Source of the DNA: a virus
IMG/VR virus record: IMGVR_UViG_3300027754_000042
Direction: 5' to 3' (one strand)
Length of the DNA: 64,000 bases
Numbering within the stretch: the stretch's first letter is position 1; the number at the start of each line of letters is the position of its first letter. Positions 9,457-17,208 of this stretch are shown here, piece by piece. The position numbers and the translations under genes were made by a program. The notes beneath the pieces were generated by a model. That model worked only from the letters and a program-made list of their open reading frames with translations. It was not told where the DNA came from and searched no databases.

Positions 9457-9468
9457 TATTTATAAATA
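9457..9468. promoter_or_regulatory. Overlapping divergent late promoters (palindrome TATTTATAAATA)
   Basis: TATAAATA on + at 9461-9468 and on - at 9457-9464, between divergent genes. Confidence 0.75.
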
Positions 9469-9495
9469 GAATATAACCAAGAGAGAACCTTCACT

Positions 9496-9729
9496 ATGCC
9501 CATGTACAGTATTGAAAACACTCAAACCAATGAAATTACCAGCGAGTTCATGTCATACTCCGCACTGGAAAATCATCTCGCAGAAAATCCCCACCTTCGT
9601 CAAGCTCTATCTGCGCCACCAATCGTGTCAGGCGTAATCTCATCCCGCAATAAACCCGACTCGGGCTTCAATGATATCCTCAAGACTATCAAAAAGAAGC
9701 ATCCTAGAAGTACGGTAAATGTTTGGTAG
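9496..9729 (+). CDS. Conserved small T4-like phage protein (FmdB-like N-terminus without Cys)
   Basis: MPMY...TNE...MS...P pattern; position upstream of phoH. Confidence 0.6.
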   Translation: MPMYSIENTQTNEITSEFMSYSALENHLAENPHLRQALSAPPIVSGVISSRNKPDSGFNDILKTIKKKHPRSTVNVW

Positions 9730-9769
9730 CACGTTCGTTATGTTCCTGTAACATCCAACGGAGAATTAT

Positions 9770-10558
9770 ATGTCCCTAGTCGCTGAGGTGGTTAACGAGA
9801 AGTTCCTAGAGCAAGAGGCAGATAAGTACATTACAAGACGAGGTAGAAAAGAAAAAAAGCGAAAGACAAAAGCATACGGTCAACCGTCGTTTGTACCACC
9901 ACCACGATTGAAGTCAATTATACCAAAGACAGAAGCACAGCGTAAAGTGTTCGAGGCATATGATGCAGGCAAAAATATGATCCTGCACGGTGTCGCTGGT
10001 TCTGGTAAGACATTCCTTTCTCTATACCTCGCACTCTATTCGGTATTATCTGGTGAAGCTCCAAAACCTATCGTTATCATTCGCAGCGTAGTACCATCGC
10101 GTGACATTGGATTTCTTCCAGGTAGCGCGAAAGAAAAGGCCGCAGTCTATGAAGCACCTTACTCAGCAATATGTGCTGAGCTAGTTGACAAGCCAAATTC
10201 ATATGAGTGGTTCAAAACAAATCACTACATTGAATTTTGCACCACTTCATTCCTTCGCGGTATCACATACAAGAACAGCATCATCATCGTTGATGAATGT
10301 CAGAATATGAGTGATGCGGAATTGAATACCATTATGACTCGTGTTGGTGAAGGTTGTCGCATCATTCTATGTGGCGACTTCAATCAAAAGGACTACATGC
10401 GTGAAGGGTCTGGCATGCCAAATCTTTTGAAGATTGCAGACCATATGAAGTCCTTTGAAATTGTAAAGTTTGAGAAAGGTGATATTGTCCGCTCGGGCTT
10501 CGTGAAAGACTATATAATTACACGAATCAATCTGGAAGAGCGAGGCATCATAAATTGA
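9770..10558 (+). CDS. phoH: PhoH-family ATPase
   Basis: GVAGSGKT Walker A, IGFLPG, FLRGIT, IIVDECQN, TRVGEG, GDFNQ, DIVRSGFV. Confidence 0.95.
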   Translation: MSLVAEVVNEKFLEQEADKYITRRGRKEKKRKTKAYGQPSFVPPPRLKSIIPKTEAQRKVFEAYDAGKNMILHGVAGSGKTFLSLYLALYSVLSGEAPKPIVIIRSVVPSRDIGFLPGSAKEKAAVYEAPYSAICAELVDKPNSYEWFKTNHYIEFCTTSFLRGITYKNSIIIVDECQNMSDAELNTIMTRVGEGCRIILCGDFNQKDYMREGSGMPNLLKIADHMKSFEIVKFEKGDIVRSGFVKDYIITRINLEERGIIN

Positions 10559-11247
10559 AATTTGACTTTGATATGCACATAGATTTGCCAAAAGCAAAGC
10601 AAATCAACACAGACCTTGGGCGTCGGTATTCGACGCCTGAGGCTAACATCTACCCATCCATCACAACTGTCCTTTCTTCTCAGCCAGAAAAGAAAAAGTC
10701 CATTGCAGAATGGCGCGCTCGCGTGGGCGCGGACGAGGCTAATAAGATCAGCCAGGGAGCTGCTCGCCGCGGCACTGCGCTCCATTCTATCATGGAGAAA
10801 TATATCCTTGGTGATGATTTGAATCTGGCTAAAGAGATGCCAGCCACTGTTGAAAGATTCCGCAAGGTGCAGAAATGCGTTGACACTAATCTCCAGTTGG
10901 TGTATGCTACAGAATCGGCCATGTATTCAGACATTCTTCGCATTGCTGGCACAGCCGATCTTATCTGCGAATGGAATGGCAAGCCAACTGTGGTCGATTT
11001 CAAAACATCCATACGCCAGAAAACACGCGATCAAATCCACGATTATTTCTTACAGGCCACGGCTTACTCTATCATGTTCGAGGAGCATACTGGCATCCGT
11101 ACGCTGGACTTTGCCATTCTGATTGTATCCGATGAAGGCGATTTTGATGTGTTCGAAGGCGAACGAAACGATTATGTGGCTGATTTGATTCGTGTGCGCG
11201 ATGGCTACGAGTATCGAGTTCGTAGAGCTTTGGTGGAGATAACATGA
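10555..11247 (+). CDS. PD-(D/E)XK / Cas4-like exonuclease
   Basis: YPSITTVL, RGTALH, IAGTADLI, VVDFKTS, YFLQATAY. Confidence 0.88.
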   Translation: MKFDFDMHIDLPKAKQINTDLGRRYSTPEANIYPSITTVLSSQPEKKKSIAEWRARVGADEANKISQGAARRGTALHSIMEKYILGDDLNLAKEMPATVERFRKVQKCVDTNLQLVYATESAMYSDILRIAGTADLICEWNGKPTVVDFKTSIRQKTRDQIHDYFLQATAYSIMFEEHTGIRTLDFAILIVSDEGDFDVFEGERNDYVADLIRVRDGYEYRVRRALVEIT

Positions 11248-11426
11248 GCAAATGGGTTGAAAGATATGAAAGGGTTAATCGTGATTTCCTACTCATGGCT
11301 GATCCAAAATACAATACCAAGTATTATATTCATAGATTGATTCTGTTCCTTCGCGATCATCCCGAAAGAGCGATAGATTATGAAGATATTGTGCCTGATT
11401 GGCAGACTAGGAATATAGATGGGTGA
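11244..11426 (+). CDS. Small hypothetical protein, paralog of 65..295
   Basis: RBS GGAG; strong peptide similarity to 65..295. Confidence 0.65.
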   Translation: MSKWVERYERVNRDFLLMADPKYNTKYYIHRLILFLRDHPERAIDYEDIVPDWQTRNIDG

Positions 11427-11553
11427 GCATTATAGCTCGTGGGTTTTTATCTACTGGGATTGCCCACGATATATCTGCATCAACAATTGGTCAGAAGCAT
11501 CAGCCAGAAATTATCTGCTTGACAAACACCCTCTTTCCATGTATTATAAATAA
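11419..11553 (+). CDS. Possible 44-aa hypothetical protein (MGEHYSSWVFIYWDCPRY...)
   Basis: Hand-translated; AGGA upstream; overlaps the tmRNA promoter. Confidence 0.35.
   Translation: MGEHYSSWVFIYWDCPRYICINNWSEASARNYLLDKHPLSMYYK
11519..11552 (+). promoter_or_regulatory. Composite sigma70 (TTGACA-17-TATTAT) and late (TATAAATA) promoter for tmRNA
   Basis: TTGACA 11519-11524, TATTAT 11542-11547, TATAAATA 11545-11552. Confidence 0.8.
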
Positions 11554-11557
11554 TACG

Positions 11558-11878
11558 CTAAGGTTGTTGAGACGTTCGGAATAAACCATTTGGACTCGGG
11601 GGCAGTACCCGACGCCTCCACCATGGATACACTAATAAAGACGATCCTTTATAAGAGTTCTACCGCCAAACAAGTTCTAAAGCATGAAGAGATAAATGCT
11701 CCAGCTTGTTGTGTAGATTAGTGTATCTTTGATGGGGGCGATATAGGTTCGACAGATAGTAGTAAAGGTACGAGTAGACCGAGGCGCGTTTTAGATGCTA
11801 ACGATAATGCACCTATCTCTTATGCTCTAGCAGCCTAAGAATGCGTTCGGGGGGAACGTGGAAACAGAATCCCCCCAC
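11558..11878 (+). ncRNA. ssrA: Circularly permuted two-piece tmRNA (acceptor piece ~11558-11623, intervening 11624-11733, coding piece 11734-~11878); tag ANDNAPISYALAA
   Basis: T-arm and CGCCTCC-A-CCA end at 11623, upstream of the 5' GGGGGCG at 11734; these form a 7-bp acceptor stem with G3.U70; tag ORF 11797-11838; outer ends approximate. Confidence 0.93.
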
Positions 11879-11903
11879 TAACACTATTAGAGAGGTGAAA
11901 ATT

Positions 11904-12128
11904 ATGAACGACGATAAGATGCTCCGCTTCAATGTTCTTCAGATGGCACAGACTATGTGCGACCAAGAATATCTTCTAGGTCAGGAAATGAAGCGTGACG
12001 CCACAGCAAAATATCCCACAGTCAATGATGTTATCAAGAAGGCCGAAGTTCTTATGGGCTTCGTCAATGCACCTGGCACTATCGGTGAGCAGGTTCGCGG
12101 TTCGGCTGAGCTTCTAAACGAGGCTTGA
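11904..12128 (+). CDS. Small hypothetical phage protein
   Basis: RBS GAGGTG before ATG 11904; LR..VL.MA...YPT..DVI.KA..L..FV pattern common in T4-like phages. Confidence 0.7.
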   Translation: MNDDKMLRFNVLQMAQTMCDQEYLLGQEMKRDATAKYPTVNDVIKKAEVLMGFVNAPGTIGEQVRGSAELLNEA

Positions 12129-12135
12129 TTTTTAT

Positions 12136-12211
12136 TCGGGGTTAGTTCAATTGGTAGAACTACGGACTTTGAATCCGTGTGTTGGTGGTTCGAACCCATC
12201 ACCCCGAGCCA
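12136..12211 (+). tRNA. tRNA-Gln (anticodon TTG)
   Basis: Acceptor TCGGGGT/ACCCCGA-G-CCA, D arm GTTC-AATTGGTA-GAAC, anticodon arm ACGGA-CTTTGAA-TCCGT, T loop GTTCGAAC; U1-A72 pair. Confidence 0.95.
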
Positions 12212-12226
12212 ACTTTGGAGAATGGT

Positions 12227-12433
12227 ATGGAAGTGGAACGCAGCTATAAGCTTATGATTGGTCCAGCTGAATTGGCCACTCTGACAGAATGGATCAAAGA
12301 TATGGATCCTCAGCCACACAAGATTACTCTTATCGGTGGTAGCACCGGTATTGGTTTCTGTCTTCGCGCAGAAATTGAAACATCCGAAGGCGAAGGTCTT
12401 TGGAAAGATATCACAGACTATGAGAACTGGTGA
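12227..12433 (+). CDS. Small hypothetical protein
   Basis: GGAG RBS before ATG 12227 (track start lies inside the tRNA); ends KDITDYENW. Confidence 0.65.
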   Translation: MEVERSYKLMIGPAELATLTEWIKDMDPQPHKITLIGGSTGIGFCLRAEIETSEGEGLWKDITDYENW

Positions 12434-12436
12434 AAC

Positions 12437-13099
12437 ATGAAAGTCAAGATTGGACCATATCTAACCTGGTACGGACCGTATCAGATTGCCGACTATGTTT
12501 TCTTCTGGACAAAGCGTCGGTACGACGATGAGCTTGAGCGGTGGGATTATAAGCTTAAGGACCAGTTTGGCGACTGGCTCGCAGATACCTGGGTCGGCAC
12601 TTTCTGTAATTGGATTCAGGAAAAGCGTAAGCGCACCGAGATCGTAAGAATTGATCCTTATGACACATGGTCAATGGATCACACACTCTCCCTTATCATT
12701 CATCCTATGCTCGTACAGTTGAAGAACACCAAGCATGGTGCACCTTTCACTGATGACGAGGATGTGCCTGAGCATCTGCGTTCAACTAACGCACCACCTA
12801 AGAAAGAAGAGTGGGATACCGATGATTTGTTCTTTGATCGGTGGAACTGGATCCTTGATGAGATGATCTGGGCTTTCTATCAGGAAGCAAACGATGATCC
12901 CGATGCGCCGCCGTTTCCTGAACTTGGTAGAAGCATTGTCAAGAAGATGGATCAGGAAGGCTTTACCGACATGCTTGTTCCGCCAGATGACGAACAAGGT
13001 AATTGGGAAAAGTATCGTGCCGAAAATGATATCTTCGAAGAGCGTAAGCGAAACGCATTCAAGCTTTTCGGAAAATACTATCGCTCACTGTGGGACTAA
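12437..13099 (+). CDS. Conserved hypothetical T4-like phage protein
   Basis: IDPYDTWSMDHTL, WNWILDEMIWAF, LFGKYYRSLWD pattern. Confidence 0.75.
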   Translation: MKVKIGPYLTWYGPYQIADYVFFWTKRRYDDELERWDYKLKDQFGDWLADTWVGTFCNWIQEKRKRTEIVRIDPYDTWSMDHTLSLIIHPMLVQLKNTKHGAPFTDDEDVPEHLRSTNAPPKKEEWDTDDLFFDRWNWILDEMIWAFYQEANDDPDAPPFPELGRSIVKKMDQEGFTDMLVPPDDEQGNWEKYRAENDIFEERKRNAFKLFGKYYRSLWD

Positions 13100-13102
13100 A
13101 CC

Positions 13103-13273
13103 ATGAAAGCTAGATATAATTATTCGATAGACACTCTAAGAAAAGCAGCCTTCGTAGACGAATTGAATAATGTGCTAATCTCAATGAGCGAGAACGATCC
13201 ACAGAAGCGATGGGTCGTTCAGTATATGAAAGACAGAATAAAAGAGATCGACGCTAGATATAAGGATTTGTAA
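13103..13273 (+). CDS. Small hypothetical protein (56 aa)
   Basis: Hand-translated MKARYNYSIDTLRKAAFVDELNN...; TAATG coupling to kdsA. Confidence 0.5.
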   Translation: MKARYNYSIDTLRKAAFVDELNNVLISMSENDPQKRWVVQYMKDRIKEIDARYKDL

Positions 13274-14133
13274 TGGCATTCTACGATAAATGTGGCAACT
13301 CAAAACCACTTAGCATCATTGCTGGTCCTTGTGCTTTCGAGTCACAGAAACATGCCATCTTTATGGCAGAGTCGCTGCATGATATCGTAGAAAGCGTTGG
13401 CAAACGCTTCGGGCAAGAAATCAATTTCATTTATAAGACGTCCTTCGATAAGGCTAATCGAACATCCGCAACTGCTTATAGAGGTATGGGGTTTGATGAA
13501 GCTTATTATGGGATGGATGCCGTCCGTGGTAGGGGCATTGAAGTCCTCACGGACGTACACGAAAACTGGCATTGTGGTGCAGTGAATGCTGATGTTATTC
13601 AGATCCCCGCATTTCTTTGTCGGCAAACTGACCTTCTTGAATCGGCTGCACAAACGCATAAGCCAGTCAATGTGAAGAAGGGCCAGTTTATGGCGCCCGA
13701 AGAAATGGGTAGCGTAGTAAAGAAGCTTGAGCATTTTGGCTGTAAGAAAATCATATTGACTGAGCGTGGTACTACATTTGGCTATAAGAACCTTGTGGTC
13801 GATATGCGCTCGCTTGAGATTATGAAGTATTGGGGTTACCCAGTCTTCATGGATTGCACCCATGCTGTACAGCTACCAGGTGGTAATGGATCAAGCTCTG
13901 GTGGGCAGAGTGAGTTTGTACCACTCATCGCTCGCGCAGCCACGGCTGTAGGTATTGCTGGCTTGTTTATGGAAGTCCACGAGAATCCAAATAATGCACC
14001 GTGCGATGGTCCGAACATGATTTATCTTGACAAGTTCGACGCATTGTTGTATAGTTTACTTGAGATTGACGATGTAGTGAAAAGAAGTGAAAGGTTAGAC
14101 AATGGCAATTTGGAAGCTGGAAACTCGCTATAA
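13273..14133 (+). CDS. kdsA: 3-deoxy-D-manno-octulosonate 8-phosphate (KDO8P) synthase
   Basis: IAGPCAFES, FDKANRTS, QIPAFLCRQTDL, NVKKGQF, TERGTTFGY, DCTHAVQ, FMEVH, CDGP. Confidence 0.95.
   Translation: MAFYDKCGNSKPLSIIAGPCAFESQKHAIFMAESLHDIVESVGKRFGQEINFIYKTSFDKANRTSATAYRGMGFDEAYYGMDAVRGRGIEVLTDVHENWHCGAVNADVIQIPAFLCRQTDLLESAAQTHKPVNVKKGQFMAPEEMGSVVKKLEHFGCKKIILTERGTTFGYKNLVVDMRSLEIMKYWGYPVFMDCTHAVQLPGGNGSSSGGQSEFVPLIARAATAVGIAGLFMEVHENPNNAPCDGPNMIYLDKFDALLYSLLEIDDVVKRSERLDNGNLEAGNSL
14027..14055 (+). promoter_or_regulatory. Sigma70-type promoter (TTGACA-17-TATAGT) inside the 3' end of kdsA
   Basis: Near-consensus hexamers with a 17-nt spacer, ~45 nt before ORF 14102. Confidence 0.65.
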
Positions 14134-14539
14134 GAAGAACATTCAGGAAACTGAATACTTCAATAAAGATGGGCAAGTTATTGAATACGAGACTTGGTGG
14201 CGTTGGGGTTATGCCAAGTTCGATGTTCCTGACGATGTAGATTTCAAGGATTATCTCAAAGCCGTTGAGGATATTGACCTTGATGATGATAATGGTATTG
14301 ATATCTATTCGCTTGACTATGATTTGATGGATCATAGCTTTGATGATGGCGTCGCGTGTTCGTGGACTTTTCCTGATGACATGGACGAAGAAGAGCAAGA
14401 GCGTATCCAAGAGTTGTTTGATGAAGAGTGGCACGAAGGTCTTGAGAACGACGGTTGGGAAGCTACCGATAGAGAAGTCGTATTTCATGGCCCATTTGAT
14501 TTGACAAAGGAAGAAGAGGACGGCACTACTCATGGCTAA
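14102..14539 (+). CDS. Highly acidic hypothetical protein
   Basis: Asp/Glu-rich 145-aa ORF coupled to its neighbours. Confidence 0.7.
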   Translation: MAIWKLETRYKKNIQETEYFNKDGQVIEYETWWRWGYAKFDVPDDVDFKDYLKAVEDIDLDDDNGIDIYSLDYDLMDHSFDDGVACSWTFPDDMDEEEQERIQELFDEEWHEGLENDGWEATDREVVFHGPFDLTKEEEDGTTHG

Positions 14540-15290
14540 CGTGACAGGTAAGATTTGGGGTGACACCAGTGTTATTATTCAGAACGCATTGGTCGAGCTA
14601 CATAAGATCAACGTAAAGGCAGGTTTTCGCTGCTCGGAGCACCTACATGAACATAAATGGAATGGATTCTACGTTGAATCAGGAGTACTGGAAATTCATG
14701 TACGAAAGAATAACTACGAGCTTACCGATGTTACTGTTCTCCGAGCAGGTGACTTTACTAGCGTTCGGCCTGGTGAATATCACTTCTTTGTTTGCACTGA
14801 GGCTTGCAGCGCACTAGAGCTTTATTGGCCCGAACTTCTTAGCGAAGATATCAAGCGCAAGAACACTGGCGGTCCGATGGCTTCAAATATGCCACCCATC
14901 AAAAAGAATCCTGTCGCAGTACCAGTGCCGATTGATTTTGAATATGATACTGGTCGTGTGATTCCTAAGTATGATAAAGCAGGCTATGCGACATTACCGC
15001 AGGGGCAAACAATTCATCCTGTAGGTATTGGACCAGTGATGTCGTCTATTATTTCTCCATCAGCGCAATTTGATTCGATGATGTTTGGTTCTGTGACGAC
15101 AACCGTTGCTCCTAACTCTGGTCTAGTAGAATCATTGCGTAAACTAAATGCTAATGATTTACCTATTGTGCCTAAAGACCTTGGAACTTGTGTTTCAATT
15201 TGCAAACTTGGAGATGATGGAAGATGCACGGGATGTGGTCGTTCTTTGGAGGAGATAGAGATGGCAGGTCTGAAGCACAAGAAGGAATGA
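14532..15290 (+). CDS. Cupin-domain protein with a C-terminal DUF1289-like Cys motif
   Basis: CSEHLHEHKWNGFYVESG...PGEYHFF cupin motifs; CVSICKL...CTGCGRSLEEI tail. Confidence 0.7.
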   Translation: MANVTGKIWGDTSVIIQNALVELHKINVKAGFRCSEHLHEHKWNGFYVESGVLEIHVRKNNYELTDVTVLRAGDFTSVRPGEYHFFVCTEACSALELYWPELLSEDIKRKNTGGPMASNMPPIKKNPVAVPVPIDFEYDTGRVIPKYDKAGYATLPQGQTIHPVGIGPVMSSIISPSAQFDSMMFGSVTTTVAPNSGLVESLRKLNANDLPIVPKDLGTCVSICKLGDDGRCTGCGRSLEEIEMAGLKHKKE

Positions 15291-15535
15291 TTGCAAGCAT
15301 GAACGATACACCAGCGAGCATTATGACAAGCGAAACATTTGCTCGCATGGTGGAAGATCGTGTCTTCAATAAAGGTATGACATATATTGACGCTTGCTTG
15401 GACGTGTGTACCGCGTCCGGGCTTGAACCCGAGAGTGTGCCTCGTCTCATCGGACCAAAGATCAAGAAGCTTATTCAATCTGAGGCGCTAGGTTCTAATC
15501 TAATCAAACGCACTGGAGCAAAGCTTCCGATATGA
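15287..15535 (+). CDS. gp33: Late transcription co-activator gp33
   Basis: FARMVE...YIDAC...EPESVPRLI...IQSEA...KLPI; synteny with gp59-gp32; start could be 15299. Confidence 0.8.
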   Translation: MIASMNDTPASIMTSETFARMVEDRVFNKGMTYIDACLDVCTASGLEPESVPRLIGPKIKKLIQSEALGSNLIKRTGAKLPI

Positions 15536-16539
15536 TATCTACGGTAACCCCTATGCGCGATATCCAAATGTGGATACGCAATCTAAATCTTGACCACATT
15601 CACATCTATCAAGATTTTGGTCTTGATACTTTTACTATCAACTACTCGGTAACTAATAAATCAAAACAAGTCTCTCGCTATGAACTCGAAGATGCGAGAG
15701 ATCCTTATCAAATTATCTTAGAAGCTATAGGTCAAGTTATGGCAGTTCCGTATGATAAACTCCGTGAAATTCTCAACCAAAAGGCCAATCAATTGCCTAA
15801 TCCTTCAATATCACATTCTGATGGCATCTATGATTATGCAGCCGATGGTACAGTGATTACCACGACAACTTTACCCACGTTGGGTCAATGGATGGCAAAT
15901 CCAAATGGATCTGTCACAAGGCAAGGGTCCATTGATGATATACTTGGTATTGACTATAAGCACGAACAGATGGCGCGCAATGCATTGTTTACCGATGCAG
16001 AACAGGCCGAGATTCGTAATATGAAGTATGTTCTAAAGAATAACTATCTCAAGTTTGTGCCAGAAAAACTCATGCACAATGAAAAGGTAGTTGTTGCTGG
16101 TGGCTGTTTCGCGTCTTTCCTCAATAAAGAACTGCCGCATGATATTGATGTGTTCATTCTTGATGATGCTAAGACAAAACAGTACGTCAAAGAATATGTT
16201 GATGCAAGGATCTTAGATAAACCTGGTATGTTCAAGATCGGTAGTACCGACTATATGAACAATGACAAGATTGAATTTACTGCGTTTGATATGAATCATA
16301 AGAACCAGTTCGTTACTACATCATACACCACACGCGCGGAACTCATTGCTCATTTTGATATGGTGCATTGCTGCATATCATATACACCGTACAATGATAA
16401 ACTCTATATCACACGCGACGTATTTGATACGATTAAGAACACACAGATTCGGTCTAATCAGTGCGGCATTATGGAACTGGTTGCACCGTGGCGTATCAGT
16501 AAGATGGAAGAGCGTGGTTGGAAAATATGGAAGGCATGA
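15532..16539 (+). CDS. Hypothetical protein with a C-terminal nucleotidyltransferase-like domain
   Basis: VVAGGCFAS...HDIDVF and FDMVHC resemble the Pol-beta/CCA-adding head domain. Confidence 0.55.
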   Translation: MISTVTPMRDIQMWIRNLNLDHIHIYQDFGLDTFTINYSVTNKSKQVSRYELEDARDPYQIILEAIGQVMAVPYDKLREILNQKANQLPNPSISHSDGIYDYAADGTVITTTTLPTLGQWMANPNGSVTRQGSIDDILGIDYKHEQMARNALFTDAEQAEIRNMKYVLKNNYLKFVPEKLMHNEKVVVAGGCFASFLNKELPHDIDVFILDDAKTKQYVKEYVDARILDKPGMFKIGSTDYMNNDKIEFTAFDMNHKNQFVTTSYTTRAELIAHFDMVHCCISYTPYNDKLYITRDVFDTIKNTQIRSNQCGIMELVAPWRISKMEERGWKIWKA

Positions 16540-17120
16540 CAGCATACCAACGCTATCAGGCCCTCAAGCTTCACTTCACATCCGACTATGACTTCATCAA
16601 ATACTCTGGCAAAATCAAAAAAATATCCGAAGCGTCATTTCTAAAACGCAAGGATCAATATCTCTTTCGCAAGATAGAGCGCAAATATAGCGACGATGAA
16701 CTAACCAATTTCTTTGTCGCTAACTTTGTCTCGTCTGCCGGTGTGCGATGGGTCGGTGATATGTCAGGACCCGAGTCAGAGAAAGTTTATGTTGCTTGGT
16801 TGAAGCGCATGGAAACTTTCTCGTACCAGCTCAAAGAAGAACTAAATAAAATCGTTGATGATGTGGACGATCCGAAGTCTCTATTGAAGACGACTGGTGA
16901 ACATCCACAATTAATCAAACTTTATATGGGCAATAAGGTCTCTGCGGAAACCGTGATTGCTTTTGATATTGCCTTTAATGTGCTTGATGCATGGAACAAG
17001 GTAATTGGCGATACCATCATATGGCCTGAGGTGTATCGTCAGTTAAAGAAGTACAGGCCATTTGTGAGAGTTGATCCTGATAACATCAAAAAGATTATGC
17101 GTCAGGTGTTTTTGTCTTGA
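16518..17120 (+). CDS. gp59: Helicase loader gp59
   Basis: YQALKLHFTSDYDFIKYSGK, FLKRKD, FVANF, KYRPF; directly upstream of gp32. Confidence 0.9.
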   Translation: MENMEGMTAYQRYQALKLHFTSDYDFIKYSGKIKKISEASFLKRKDQYLFRKIERKYSDDELTNFFVANFVSSAGVRWVGDMSGPESEKVYVAWLKRMETFSYQLKEELNKIVDDVDDPKSLLKTTGEHPQLIKLYMGNKVSAETVIAFDIAFNVLDAWNKVIGDTIIWPEVYRQLKKYRPFVRVDPDNIKKIMRQVFLS

Positions 17121-17147
17121 CATTTGCACTAGAATAGTGTATAAATA
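17117..17147 (+). promoter_or_regulatory. Composite sigma70/late promoter of gp32
   Basis: TTGACA 17117-17122, 17-nt spacer, TATAAATA 17140-17147. Confidence 0.8.
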
Positions 17148-17208
17148 ACATGTTATTATGATTGAGTGAATAAAAAATCCATACAACACATACAACGGAG
17201 ATATACAA

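Noticed and set aside
10555-11247. Cas4-like nuclease as evidence of a CRISPR-Cas system
   Set aside because: No repeat-spacer array or other cas genes were seen; stand-alone exonucleases next to phoH are routine in T4-like phages
11590-11625. Apparent truncated tRNA pseudogene
   Set aside because: It is the acceptor piece of the permuted tmRNA and pairs with 11734-11740
11841-11903. Track start of ORF 11841..12128
   Set aside because: It overlaps the tmRNA 3' hairpin; the SD-supported start is ATG 11904
12179-12226. Track start of ORF 12179..12433
   Set aside because: It lies inside tRNA-Gln; GGAG supports ATG 12227
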